Shown in pieces: positions 46,970 to 56,399 of a DNA stretch of 64,000 nucleotides. The notes below the pieces were generated by a model. That model was not told the origin of the DNA, searched no databases, and saw only the letters and a program-made list of their open reading frames with translations. The stretch lies in the IMG/VR virus record IMGVR_UViG_2706795947_000001, positions 12,973-76,972 of that record, one strand, 5' to 3'. Origin of the DNA: a virus. Lineage: Duplodnaviria > Caudoviricetes. Position numbers and translations under genes: made by a program. Each line of letters starts with the position of its first letter. Positions within the stretch are counted from its first letter, which is position 1.

Positions 46970-47391
46970 CAGATGCAGTAGGTGAACTCGCCGCCACTGC
47001 CGCCGATGTCGCTGGACTCGCTGACCATCCGCCCGTTCTGGTAGATCGCGCAGTAGATCTTACCCGGCTTGAATGACTCGATGCTCGCCGAGAGCCCACC
47101 GAACCCGCCGTCAGCGGCGACGGTGTAGTCCCAGGTCGCGCACTTCCAGCCGGGGATCGAGGTGCTGCCGATGATGTCGACGTGATCGGTCTCGTCGTTG
47201 CCGTACTGGTTCGTGCGCTCGAGGACCACCGGGTTGGTGCGTGCCTCGGTGCAGGTGACGATGCGGATGCTGTCCCACTCGTCGACGATGACTGCCTCGG
47301 CGGGCGCGCCGACGAGGGATGCTCCGGCCAGGGCGCCCACGAGGGCACCGGCGGTTACGAGATGTGTCTTCATGTTCTTCAGGATGCTCAT
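46969..47391 (-). CDS. Exported MmpS-like protein
   Basis: Signal peptide (AEA); C-terminal IYCAIYQNG...E...TYCI. Confidence 0.55.
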   Translation of the reverse strand: MSILKNMKTHLVTAGALVGALAGASLVGAPAEAVIVDEWDSIRIVTCTEARTNPVVLERTNQYGNDETDHVDIIGSTSIPGWKCATWDYTVAADGGFGGLSASIESFKPGKIYCAIYQNGRMVSESSDIGGSGGEFTYCI

Positions 47392-47437
47392 TGTGTACCT
47401 TCTTTCAGTTGGTGTGGATCAGTACCGGGGTGAGGTG

Positions 47438-47779
47438 TCAGTCTTCGGCCGGCTCTTCGGCCGGCTCTTCGGCCGGCTCTTCGGCCGGCTCTTCGGCCTC
47501 GGGCTCGTCGAAGTAGGTCGGTGCTTCGTAGGTGTACTCGGGTCCGTCGAAGGGCAAGTCACCCATGTTGATCGGCTCGCTGTTCGCGCCGCCTCCGATC
47601 TGATCGCCGTTGGTCGAGACGATCGGCGGCGGGCAGGGTGCGTTGCCGGTGGGAGTGACGATGGTGCAGCCGACGGTGACCTGTGCGGGAGCGGGGTGCG
47701 GGCTGGCGACGGCTGCTGCGGGTGCGCCGAGTGCGAGAGCGAATGCCGACGCGAGTGCTGCCTTCTGGAAGATGTTCAT
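47438..47779 (-). CDS. Exported low-complexity protein with EEPA repeats
   Basis: Signal peptide; AAAGGAG SD. Confidence 0.7.
   Translation of the reverse strand: MNIFQKAALASAFALALGAPAAAVASPHPAPAQVTVGCTIVTPTGNAPCPPPIVSTNGDQIGGGANSEPINMGDLPFDGPEYTYEAPTYFDEPEAEEPAEEPAEEPAEEPAED
47442..47498. repeat. 12-bp tandem repeat x4.75 (TCTTCGGCCGGC)
   Basis: Directly visible; encodes (EEPA)n. Confidence 0.95.
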
Positions 47780-47836
47780 GTGGTACTCCTTTGTTCGGTG
47801 GATGAGATAGAACTGGTACTACTAGGTGGCGAAACT

Positions 47837-47869
47837 AAGCCCGAGCCGTGATCCATACGGCTCGGGCTT
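47837..47869 (-). terminator. 13-bp perfect stem-loop
   Basis: AAGCCCGAGCCGT-7nt-ACGGCTCGGGCTT. Confidence 0.65.
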
Positions 47870-47928
47870 GGTTGCCCTGACACTGACTCACGAGTTTACC
47901 AATTGGGAGTGACTCGCAAGTACTGTGG

Positions 47929-48357
47929 TCAGCCTTGGGCTGACTCTTCCTTGGCCTTGGCCTCGTCCTTGTTGGCGGGCGGGTCCGCATGGAAGTGAGA
48001 CAGCGGAGTGTGGTCGATGCTGTCGTGGAAGCCGAGTGCCTCTTCCGGAGCCATCGCGTTGATGTCTGCGAGAGCGTAGCCGTGGCGGTCCACGAGGTGA
48101 CGCTTGACCGAGTCGAGGTTGACGAGGTTGAGGCGGCGCGCCTTCATGTCCACCTCCGCCTCGGGTGCGATGCGGATGTCTGCGATCTGCTCGGCAGGCA
48201 CGAGGGTCAGGGACGAGCGTCCCTTCTCCTTGAAGGCGATCGCCTGCGGCGAGGCCGAGGCGACGGTGCCGATGACCGCTTCCTCTGCGCCGACGGTGAG
48301 AAGTTCGACACGCTTGTCTGCGTAGTCGGCGAGCGCGAGCTCGGTTGCTGCGGTCAT
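47929..48357 (-). CDS. Hypothetical protein (Sm/SH3-like N-terminus, His-rich C-terminus)
   Basis: AGGAGG SD; own promoter. Confidence 0.7.
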   Translation of the reverse strand: MTAATELALADYADKRVELLTVGAEEAVIGTVASASPQAIAFKEKGRSSLTLVPAEQIADIRIAPEAEVDMKARRLNLVNLDSVKRHLVDRHGYALADINAMAPEEALGFHDSIDHTPLSHFHADPPANKDEAKAKEESAQG

Positions 48358-48414
48358 TGTGTCCTCCTATGTAGCGTTTCCGGTGGTCAGGGCGGTGGTC
48401 CGCCGTACCCGTTC

Positions 48415-48444
48415 ATAGTACCACGGGCACGGCGGCACCCGCAA
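48415..48444 (-). promoter_or_regulatory. Putative promoter
   Basis: TTGCGG-18-TACTAT with TGn; GTGGTACTA overlaps -10. Confidence 0.6.
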
Positions 48445-48479
48445 CCCCGAAAACCCCACATCTTTCGGGGGCGCGTTCT

Positions 48480-49043
48480 CTAGACGCCGCGCAGGACCTC
48501 GAGAGTCTTGAGGCCTTCGAGCCCCATGAACTTCACGAGCTCAGCCCACGGCATGGGCGCGATCGTACGCCTGCCCGCAGAGACGTACCACATCTGCCGG
48601 AACTGGTAGATGTTCAGGTACGGACTGTCCGGGTTCTGGGTCACGTACTCCTCGGCGATACCGACGGCGACGAAGTCGTAGAGCTTCCCGGACTTGTCCT
48701 TGGAGTAGCGCTTGCTGAAGGCGACGACCGGGGTCTGGCCGGCTGTGTTGGGCTTCGGCTCGCGGGAGAGCATCTCTCGAGTCAGCGCTTCCTGTGCCAT
48801 CTCGGCATTGCGCTGGTGCTCCTCGACCCGAGCCTCGGCGTAGCGGAGGGAGTCGAGTGACGAAGCCAGCAGGTTGGCGAGCTGTCCGATGCTCATACCG
48901 TCGCCGGTGGTGTTCATGCCCACCTCGGCGGCAGCCATCTGCGCCTTCTCCTCCTGGGCGGTACGCTTCGCCTTGCACTTGGCACGCTCGTGCGAGGTTG
49001 CGGGGTGCTTGCAGTCCTTGTGACTCATTCGTTTGGTTGCCAT
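48480..49043 (-). CDS. Hypothetical protein
   Basis: H..C.H......RA.C motif; AAGGAGG SD. Confidence 0.7.
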   Translation of the reverse strand: MATKRMSHKDCKHPATSHERAKCKAKRTAQEEKAQMAAAEVGMNTTGDGMSIGQLANLLASSLDSLRYAEARVEEHQRNAEMAQEALTREMLSREPKPNTAGQTPVVAFSKRYSKDKSGKLYDFVAVGIAEEYVTQNPDSPYLNIYQFRQMWYVSAGRRTIAPMPWAELVKFMGLEGLKTLEVLRGV

Positions 49044-49049
49044 GTGTGG

Positions 49050-49271
49050 TTACCTCCTTGGTCGTTCGGCCTGGAGTCTGATCTTCAAACCCAGGTATTC
49101 ACTCGACGGGAGCTCCTCATACTTGCCCGTCTCGTCGTTCTTCTTCTCGATGATCGTGAAGATGTAGCGGTCATCTATCTCAATCATCGCACGCACAGCA
49201 TCTTCAAGCTCCGGCCAGGTGTTCGGGGTCACGAGCTTGTAGGGAGTGTGCGTGATAGCGCAGCGGTACAT
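49050..49271 (-). CDS. Hypothetical protein
   Basis: AGGAGG SD. Confidence 0.65.
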   Translation of the reverse strand: MYRCAITHTPYKLVTPNTWPELEDAVRAMIEIDDRYIFTIIEKKNDETGKYEELPSSEYLGLKIRLQAERPRR

Positions 49272-49523
49272 CTAGAGCTCCTCCTGCTCAAGGAACTCAC
49301 GACAGTTGCAGAAGTACTGTGAACAGTAGTGGTCGACGCCTTCGTCTTCACTGTGATCCTGCTTGAGGTGACCACAGATACAGATCTTCGCTCCATTGGC
49401 GACGACCCTGTCGAAGATCTCACGAAGCTCTGGAGGAAATCTTGTACCGAGTGGGTGATCGACGAGCTTCTGGTATTCCTCCTTCGTAACCCCACGGTAC
49501 TCGGCATCCCAGTCCTCGGCCAT
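49272..49523 (-). CDS. Hypothetical protein with C-terminal Cys/His knuckle
   Basis: CICGH...H...C...CNC..F. Confidence 0.7.
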   Translation of the reverse strand: MAEDWDAEYRGVTKEEYQKLVDHPLGTRFPPELREIFDRVVANGAKICICGHLKQDHSEDEGVDHYCSQYFCNCREFLEQEEL

Positions 49524-49810
49524 TAGAAGTTCCGATCCAGCGAGTCGATGTACTCCTGCGCGTCCATCTCGCCAGGATCAATGCGACGAGCGGCTTGCAG
49601 AAGCGCTGTCACCACGTTGTCGAGATCCATGTCCACTCGGTGAGCCTCGCCATCGAGAGTGTTAATCATCGAGCCGGCGAAGTCGTTGGACCACTCGATC
49701 GACACGATTCTGTCGAGTGCTATGACCACGACAGCCTTGCGGTGGCGTGCCGTTGCCTGCGCCACTCGGTTCGGCCGGTACTCGGGGAACCTGATGAACT
49801 GCATGGTCAC
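49523..49810 (-). CDS. Hypothetical protein
   Basis: AAGGAG SD, coupled. Confidence 0.65.
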   Translation of the reverse strand: MTMQFIRFPEYRPNRVAQATARHRKAVVVIALDRIVSIEWSNDFAGSMINTLDGEAHRVDMDLDNVVTALLQAARRIDPGEMDAQEYIDSLDRNF

Positions 49811-50094
49811 TCCTTCTTCTCGTCCTCGTCGAGGGTCATGGTATACCTCGGCTCCTCCGAGGGAGGATCGGGGATGACGGTCTCGCCCCTGTTGTGGCCC
49901 TCGGGGCGCAGGGCGTCCACCATCTCCTGCATTCGCTTACTCCTGGTCTCGGCGTCCTCGAGTGCGCGAACGCTGGCGAGTGCGCTGGCGCCGAGTGAGA
50001 TGAACTCGTCGGGCTGGATGTCCTTCTTGCTGGTGAACAGCTCGACCCGGAACTCGTCGTCGTTGTCGTCTTCTATCTCGAACGTAATGCGCAT
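49807..50094 (-). CDS. Acidic hypothetical protein
   Basis: Operon packing. Confidence 0.65.
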   Translation of the reverse strand: MRITFEIEDDNDDEFRVELFTSKKDIQPDEFISLGASALASVRALEDAETRSKRMQEMVDALRPEGHNRGETVIPDPPSEEPRYTMTLDEDEKKE

Positions 50095-50601
50095 TCAGGT
50101 GCCCTCGATTCGTCTTGTCTGGTTGCGGTACTCGGGTGGTGGCAGCACTCTGTGTGCTATGTCCTCGTTACGTGGTGGCCAGGGCTTTATGCCTGGCCCA
50201 GTGATCGGCCCGTTGATCGGATAGCTTCCGACTAATACTGCTTTCTTTCTCTGCTTGGCGAGTATCCTCCTGCCCCGCTTGTTCCTGCCTTGCTCTGTGT
50301 TCACCCGCCTGAGCCATTGCCCCTCGGACTCGTCGTACCATCGACCGATCTCCTTTGGCCCCACCCAGATGGTGTGCTCTGGGAGGCGATGGCCTCGCCT
50401 TCTGTTGCACAGCATGTGGGTTGGCCTTAGGTTTGCCTTGGAGTCTGTGCCGCCGAGAAACTTTGGAATGTAATGGTCCGCATTGAAGTACCAGTACCCC
50501 TTGGTAAGCGTGTAGTCGATTTCTTCACCGCATATCCAGCACGGTGGCTGAAGGATACGACACTCTCGCTTGAAGCTCCTGATGGGCCGGGGATCGGTCA
50601 C
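50095..50601 (-). CDS. HNH endonuclease
   Basis: CWICG...DHYIP...GG...NLRPTH..CN..RG; GTGA-coupled start. Confidence 0.85.
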   Translation of the reverse strand: MTDPRPIRSFKRECRILQPPCWICGEEIDYTLTKGYWYFNADHYIPKFLGGTDSKANLRPTHMLCNRRRGHRLPEHTIWVGPKEIGRWYDESEGQWLRRVNTEQGRNKRGRRILAKQRKKAVLVGSYPINGPITGPGIKPWPPRNEDIAHRVLPPPEYRNQTRRIEGT

Positions 50602-50885
50602 CCGAACCCGCCAGACTCCATCACCTTCAGTCGAACCTTGCCACGCTGTGCGCGGTCGAGTCCGCCCTTGATGTGGTACCCCTTGGGATAGGTGTAGGTG
50701 CGGTTCTTGATGTAACCAGTGCGGCGCTCGACCAGCGCCCGGCGACGCAGCCCACACCGCAGGCATCCGAGTGTTTCCCAGTACCCCTCGGCATTGAAGA
50801 TGATGTCGCCAACTGCGTCCCAGGCGTGGCCGTAGATGCGGCAGCGTGCGTGGTCATCGTCGAGGTTGACCTTACCTATCTTCAT
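50598..50885 (-). CDS. Hypothetical protein (CR..GHAW...C.RC)
   Basis: GGAGG SD. Confidence 0.7.
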   Translation of the reverse strand: MKIGKVNLDDDHARCRIYGHAWDAVGDIIFNAEGYWETLGCLRCGLRRRALVERRTGYIKNRTYTYPKGYHIKGGLDRAQRGKVRLKVMESGGFG

Positions 50886-50888
50886 GCA

Positions 50889-51233
50889 TCACCTCCATTT
50901 CTTTTCGGGCTCGTCCCACACCTTGACACCCGAGTCAGGGTGATCGAGGTATGTATCGAGTCGTTCGTGGTAGTCGTACTCGGCGGTGACCACCTGCCCC
51001 TGGTTGAGTACTACCAGTCCGGCGTTGCCGTGAGGGGTGGGCGGGAACAGGTGGGCGATGCGCAGCTCGCCGATCTCGCAGCTGTCTACATCAGCGCCGT
51101 CGAGGACGATCTCGTAATCGTCAGGCACATCGGCAAGCGCAGCCTTCATCTCGCCAACCGAAGCGGACCACTTGTTCGACCACTTCATGTTCTCTGGGTC
51201 ATTGCCTACCGGCTCGGGCATGAACATTCCCAT
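50889..51233 (-). CDS. Hypothetical protein
   Basis: GGAGGA SD; SVGEMKAALADVPDD motif. Confidence 0.65.
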   Translation of the reverse strand: MGMFMPEPVGNDPENMKWSNKWSASVGEMKAALADVPDDYEIVLDGADVDSCEIGELRIAHLFPPTPHGNAGLVVLNQGQVVTAEYDYHERLDTYLDHPDSGVKVWDEPEKKWR

Positions 51234-51469
51234 CAGTCCTCCTCCTTTGTCTCGGCGTTGTAGAAGCCATACCCATACCCGCTTGTGTATGCATCCCAGG
51301 CGTCCACCTGCCGTCCGCCTCGGTGGTACACCTTGCCAGCCTTGCGGGCGTAGGCTTCGATCGTTGAGAGGGCTCGAAACTTCTCGAAGTTGCAGTACCC
51401 ACATCCTCCCTCCAGGCAGGTTGCGTCCGGGTTGGGCCAACAGATACGGCGTGCGACAATCTTCGACAT
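51233..51469 (-). CDS. Cys-rich hypothetical protein
   Basis: C......C..GGCGYC. Confidence 0.65.
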   Translation of the reverse strand: MSKIVARRICWPNPDATCLEGGCGYCNFEKFRALSTIEAYARKAGKVYHRGGRQVDAWDAYTSGYGYGFYNAETKEED

Positions 51470-51888
51470 CAGTCCTCCTCCTTCAGGGGCCTGAGTCCAC
51501 CGAGTGCTAGCCGCAACTTCTCTGGCGTGACACCTTCGGGTGACTCAAGCATCTTCATGTATGCATCTGGGTACTTCTCGTACAGGCGCTCGTGTAGCGC
51601 CACGTCCTCAAGACTCTCAACCTCCCACTTAGGTTCGGGATTCAGCCCACCGAGTGCCCATCGAACCTTTGCAGGATCGAGACCCTCGGGTGACTCGAGC
51701 ATCTTCATGTACGAGGTGGGGTCCAAGTTCCATAGCCTGACCTGGTCGGCCACCTCCTCCTCGGAGTACTGACTACCAGCTGGTCGCGGCAAGGGCTTGG
51801 GTTTGCGAGCGGCGTACACTCTCCATGCCACGGTGGCAATGAACACTGCGATCCACAGGGGAATGATGACGTACCACTCAAGCACCAT
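51469..51888 (-). CDS. Membrane-anchored protein with internal duplication
   Basis: N-terminal TM helix; YMKMLESPEG...ALGGL.P twice. Confidence 0.7.
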   Translation of the reverse strand: MVLEWYVIIPLWIAVFIATVAWRVYAARKPKPLPRPAGSQYSEEEVADQVRLWNLDPTSYMKMLESPEGLDPAKVRWALGGLNPEPKWEVESLEDVALHERLYEKYPDAYMKMLESPEGVTPEKLRLALGGLRPLKEED

Positions 51889-51890
51889 AG

Positions 51891-52190
51891 CTACCCCCTG
51901 ACTGTAGTGATCTGCTCCACCTTGAAACCCGAGTGTCGGGCGATCACTCCGTACACCCAGCGGGCTGCGCCATCGCTACCGCCACCCGGATCAGCGGCGA
52001 AGCGATAGATGCTGCCGATGCCTCGAGAGATACCGGGCGAGACGCTGAGGATCACGTCACAGTCCCAACCACCCTGTGGGTTCTCGATGATCTTCGCTGT
52101 GTAATCACCGACCTCCAGGACGTGCATGGGAGCGGTGTGGTTGACCACCTGCCACTCGCCTTGAACGCTGAGTACTACCTTCGTGCTCAT
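51891..52190 (-). CDS. Hypothetical protein
   Basis: AAGGGG SD. Confidence 0.65.
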   Translation of the reverse strand: MSTKVVLSVQGEWQVVNHTAPMHVLEVGDYTAKIIENPQGGWDCDVILSVSPGISRGIGSIYRFAADPGGGSDGAARWVYGVIARHSGFKVEQITTVRG

Positions 52191-52201
52191 GTTGATCCCC
52201 T

Positions 52202-54115
52202 TTACTTCAGTCGCTTGCCCAGGTGCTGCACTACCTTGCGGTAGTCCTCCGGCCCGTCCACCTGGCAGGTGTCGAAGCCGTGCTCACGAGGGGTGTCTAC
52301 CCCCATCCCTACTGCCATCAGTGTGATGTTGTTCTTGTTGCAGTACGCGATCTCCGACTTGAGAACACGGAGCTCCTCGGTGTAGTTCGAGGCGGGCATC
52401 GCACCATCTGTGTAGTACATGAGGATGCGATCGGTTGCACGCAAGGTCTCGAGTCGCTTGCGGTAGAACTGCAGCGTGTGTCCGTCCAGGTTGCCCGACG
52501 AGGAGTCGATCATCCGCAGCGCGTTCACCTGCTCCTTGCCCCAGGGCTCGTCGCCCATCTTGATCTTGTATAGGGCGGGTCTGTCCTGGTAGTTGGTGCC
52601 ATACTCCGAGGTGTGTGCCCACACTTCGAACTTGATACCGAGCCGGCTCAGTACGTCAGCCATTGCCATGACTGCGAACTTCTCCTCGACGATGGTGTGC
52701 CCACCTGTCGAGCCGGAGATGTCCATTCCGATCACGACTGCGTAGTCCTTCTTATCAGGCGTGATCCGCTTGGCGAACAGCCTGTCGTCACCGAAGGGCA
52801 CACGCTTGGCGAGTGTCTTGCCCGACACTCGCCCGCTCCGCTGGTTGCGGATGCGCTGGCTGCGTGCGTTGTCGCCGAAGGTGACACGTGCCTGCGTCAG
52901 TGCGGGGGTGAGGTTGCGCTCGTCGGATTTGAACGACGCTGCACTGAGCGGTCGGCTGTACCCGCCTCCGTAAGCATTGCCCCTTAGTCGCTCGTGGATA
53001 ACGGGCGAGCCGATGTTCTCGGGCACATGATCGAGGTGCTTGAGTGATTCGAGTGCATCCTTCACGTCCTCCGGACGCAGCCCCTGCATACCACCAGCAC
53101 TGTCGCCCGAGCCGCCGATGTGCTTGCTGCCCTCGAACTCCTCGTCGGACTCGTCCGGCCCCTTCATGTGGATGCCGTGACCGAAGATCGCCTTGAGCAA
53201 TTCCTGGATTGCCTTGAGCAGCTCGGTCAGCTCCTCGTCGGTGTCAGGCTTGGCGAGGTACCCAGCCTTGCGGAACACCATGAGTGCGTTGGCTGCGAAC
53301 GCGAAGGTCTCGACCGTGTCGATTGCCTCGCACGAGCCTTCGATGATGGTGCGTACCTGCTTGGTGTCGATGACTTCGAGGAGTTCCTCTTTGAAGTATC
53401 CCTCAAGCTCATCGACTGTGAACCGTGATGCGAACAGGTATGCCATGCACAACTGCTGGTCATCTTCCATGTCGATGTAGTGCTTGGTCTCGCCGGTCTC
53501 GATCTTGGTCACGCCGTTGATCAGGTAGCTCAAAGACAGTGCATCGAACACATCCTGCTCGGACGGATCAAAGTTCATCCGCGCTGTATCACAGCGCATG
53601 TCCTCGCCAATGAGCATGAGTGCCGACAGCCAGGGGTCGCGTGCGTTGTTGACAGCCGAGACCATCGTCGAGCCTGTTCGGTATATCCCGTTGTTGATTG
53701 CCGCAGCCGTGTCCGTGTCGAGGTCATGGACGTACCCCCTGCGTCGGGCGACGACATCGAACGCTCGAGCCTTATCGTACTCGTCAAACGATCCGTGCAC
53801 GATGTGCCCGATCTCGTGGTTGAGTACCTCCATCACCTCCTCCTGGGTGGCGCACGCGGGACACACAGACATGCCGTCTGCCCTGCTGTTGCACATTCCA
53901 TTGTGCCGCTGCACCAGGCCCAGCTTGACGGGCGGCTCGATCCAGATGGTCTTGCCGTCCGTCAAGCTGTTCGGTCCCGCCTCGAGCTTGAGGTTGGGGT
54001 TGCCTGACACCTTGCGTGCGTGGCTGCGCAGTGCAGGGATCATGCGCTTGAACTTGCGAACCGCTGCCTCGGCCTGCTTCTTGCGAGCCAAGTCCTGTGC
54101 TTCAGTCAAATCCAC
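52202..54115 (-). CDS. VWA-domain protein (CobT/NorD-like) with HExxH N-terminal domain
   Basis: TDGKTI, NHEIGH, ED.R, DISGS MIDAS, TDG. Confidence 0.85.
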   Translation of the reverse strand: MDLTEAQDLARKKQAEAAVRKFKRMIPALRSHARKVSGNPNLKLEAGPNSLTDGKTIWIEPPVKLGLVQRHNGMCNSRADGMSVCPACATQEEVMEVLNHEIGHIVHGSFDEYDKARAFDVVARRRGYVHDLDTDTAAAINNGIYRTGSTMVSAVNNARDPWLSALMLIGEDMRCDTARMNFDPSEQDVFDALSLSYLINGVTKIETGETKHYIDMEDDQQLCMAYLFASRFTVDELEGYFKEELLEVIDTKQVRTIIEGSCEAIDTVETFAFAANALMVFRKAGYLAKPDTDEELTELLKAIQELLKAIFGHGIHMKGPDESDEEFEGSKHIGGSGDSAGGMQGLRPEDVKDALESLKHLDHVPENIGSPVIHERLRGNAYGGGYSRPLSAASFKSDERNLTPALTQARVTFGDNARSQRIRNQRSGRVSGKTLAKRVPFGDDRLFAKRITPDKKDYAVVIGMDISGSTGGHTIVEEKFAVMAMADVLSRLGIKFEVWAHTSEYGTNYQDRPALYKIKMGDEPWGKEQVNALRMIDSSSGNLDGHTLQFYRKRLETLRATDRILMYYTDGAMPASNYTEELRVLKSEIAYCNKNNITLMAVGMGVDTPREHGFDTCQVDGPEDYRKVVQHLGKRLK

Positions 54116-55662
54116 ACCTTACCCTTCACGTTCTGGCTCACGACGTTGCCGACCATCGACTTCGTCTCGGGCTCGAGGTAGTCGAGCACCGCCAGGTTGT
54201 ACGCCTTCTCGATCGGGAACCAGGCGGTTGCTCGTGCGACCTTGATCTGGTTGCGGATGCCCCAGGTCAGCGGCACCTCGTCGTTGTTGCTCATCTCGCG
54301 GATGGTTGCGGCGATGCTCATGATCGAGTCGAGCACCTGCCTGGGGATGTCGTACCCGTCGAGCTTGCAGCGCTCCTCGATGATCTGTCGTTCGAGCTGC
54401 TCGGGTGGCATGTCCACGAAGATGTGCATGAGGCGTGACCCGTCAGCGTCACCGATGACCTGCGCGCCGACGTTGCGATGGTCCCAGGCAGGGTTCATAG
54501 CCATGCCCAGGAAGCAGAACTGGTTGCGCGGCACCGCCTCGCCCTCGTTCGCGTCGTTGATCAGCTGCTTACTGTTGTCCGTGAGTGGACGAATGAACTG
54601 CCACACCTCGGGCGGACCTGTGTTGGGCTCGTCGAGTACCACCACGTTCGGCTTCTTCCAGGCAGCCACGATGCGCCCGTCCTTGAACACGGTCTCGTTG
54701 TCCTCAAAGAACATCTTGCCGGCCAGGTCGTCCTTCTCTGACTCGCCGGTGATCGAGATGCGCTCGAAAGGAATCTGCATGAGCCATGCCATGTACCGGA
54801 AGAACTCCGTCTTGCCTGTGCCTGCCTTGCCGTGCAGTGCCGGGGTCTCGTCGAGCATCAGCCACAGTGCGGCGACTGTGAACGTCAGCCCCATGTGGTC
54901 GATGTAAGTCTCGGGATGTTCCTGGTCACCAGTCGCAGGGATCTTGGCCTGCTCCTCCGGCGAGAAGATCTCACGCTTGAACACCGGCAGGTACACCTCG
55001 CGTCCGTCCTGTGTGATCTTACGCCACGCTCGGATGCCCGCCTTGTCCTGCGCAGGACTGACCGGCTTGTCAGTGGGGTAGGTGCTCGGCTCGATGCTCG
55101 TGTCCACCGAGTCCTTGTTCCACAGCTTCGAGCCACCAGGCACGTCGTGCGGGGTGAGGTACTTGGCCAGGCCGGGGTCGAGCGTGATCGAGGACAGCAT
55201 CGCTTCACGGTGCTGCTCCACGTCGGTGACCTCGCCACGCTTGGCTTCGCTGCAGCCGCGTGCGATGTCCGCTGCCCGCATGTCCGGGATCAGCTTGCCA
55301 AAGAAGGCACACGCTCCCATCGGGATGCCTAACTTGTTCGACACGGCGACAGGAGCGATGTAGAAGTAGCAGGCCTTGCAGGTCTTGGCGATGCCACTCG
55401 ATGCGACAGGTCCGCTGGGTGTGCCCACTCCGATAGTCGGAGCGATGATGACCTCGCTCGTGTTCTTGCTGTGCATCGAGCAGGTGCTGCCAACCTCGGT
55501 CATCCGATCGAGGATCTGGCTGGAGGTCATGGACTGCGTGCCAATAAGTATGCCTCGGGCTCGGCAGGTCATCAGCGATGTGGGCTTGCCGTAGATGCTG
55601 GTCTGCTGTGCTGCGTCAGCAGCCTCGACGAGGTGGGGACAGGTTCCGCATGATCTTGTCAT
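54106..55662 (-). CDS. MoxR/CobS-like AAA+ ATPase with Cys-rich N-terminus
   Basis: GKAGTGKT, VVLDEPN, AMNP, SR; AAGGAG SD. Confidence 0.88.
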   Translation of the reverse strand: MTRSCGTCPHLVEAADAAQQTSIYGKPTSLMTCRARGILIGTQSMTSSQILDRMTEVGSTCSMHSKNTSEVIIAPTIGVGTPSGPVASSGIAKTCKACYFYIAPVAVSNKLGIPMGACAFFGKLIPDMRAADIARGCSEAKRGEVTDVEQHREAMLSSITLDPGLAKYLTPHDVPGGSKLWNKDSVDTSIEPSTYPTDKPVSPAQDKAGIRAWRKITQDGREVYLPVFKREIFSPEEQAKIPATGDQEHPETYIDHMGLTFTVAALWLMLDETPALHGKAGTGKTEFFRYMAWLMQIPFERISITGESEKDDLAGKMFFEDNETVFKDGRIVAAWKKPNVVVLDEPNTGPPEVWQFIRPLTDNSKQLINDANEGEAVPRNQFCFLGMAMNPAWDHRNVGAQVIGDADGSRLMHIFVDMPPEQLERQIIEERCKLDGYDIPRQVLDSIMSIAATIREMSNNDEVPLTWGIRNQIKVARATAWFPIEKAYNLAVLDYLEPETKSMVGNVVSQNVKGKVWI

Positions 55663-55670
55663 GTGTTGGT

Positions 55671-55691
55671 GCACTCCTTACGGTAGTGAGA
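55671..55691 (-). repeat. 21-bp start-associated repeat, copy 1
   Basis: GCACTCCTTACGGTAGTGAGA identical at 58425-58445. Confidence 0.85.
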
Positions 55692-55717
55692 ATGTGTTGG
55701 TCAGCTGCACGGTGGTG

Positions 55718-55747
55718 ATACTACCATGTTTGACAGCTATTGTCAAA
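55718..55747 (-). promoter_or_regulatory. Putative SigA promoter with palindromic operator
   Basis: TTGACA-17-TAGTAT; TTTGACA-5-TGTCAAA inverted repeat. Confidence 0.7.
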
Positions 55748-56399
55748 TGTTTTCTTGTTCGCGGTTCCTCTGCTGCTCGTAGTTGCGCTTGCGCTCGTGC
55801 CGTCCGCACATCGGCACAACTCGCTTCGGGTTCACCTGCACCAGCGGGCAACCCGTCTCGATCTCGGCGTGGTCAATGTCCATGATCTGCTCGCCGGCCT
55901 CGACGAACTGCTCGGCGACCTCACGCACACACTCAACACACTTGCGTGAGGGGTGCACGAGCATGTAGCTGAACTTCTTCTCGGCTGCGTAGATCGGGTT
56001 CGGCAAGATCTCATACGGGTACGAGCCCTGGTAGGCGGCGAGCTTCTTGAGTATGCCCTTCACCCGACTGATCTTGACGTAGTAGTCTTGCCACACCGCC
56101 TCACCCTCACTCGACACGAGTCCAGCCACGGTGACCGGGAACACTGGCTCGCGGTCCTCGGTGTGCATTGATCCGTTGAACAGGCAAGCACACTCGGTGG
56201 TGTCCTCGTCGTCCCAGGTGTCATTGAAGATTGACTGCAACCAGTGGTAGTGGGTGATGGTGTAGTCGCCGACGTTGACCTCGGTAAAGGTCGGCTCAAC
56301 TGGCATGTCCATCACCATGATCTCGAGCCGAGGTGGGTTGACGTAGTCGCCGGACAGCGCCGGGTCATACACCTCCGCAGCGGTGACACTCAGTCCCAT
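55743..56399 (-). CDS. Hypothetical protein with Cys/His motifs
   Basis: CAC...H; H....CVEC; C...CGRH. Confidence 0.65.
   Translation of the reverse strand: MGLSVTAAEVYDPALSGDYVNPPRLEIMVMDMPVEPTFTEVNVGDYTITHYHWLQSIFNDTWDDEDTTECACLFNGSMHTEDREPVFPVTVAGLVSSEGEAVWQDYYVKISRVKGILKKLAAYQGSYPYEILPNPIYAAEKKFSYMLVHPSRKCVECVREVAEQFVEAGEQIMDIDHAEIETGCPLVQVNPKRVVPMCGRHERKRNYEQQRNREQENI

Noticed and set aside
50428-50446. Possible fifth IdeR box (TTAGGTTTGCCTT...)
   Set aside because: Only 13/19, half-site only, inside the HNH coding sequence
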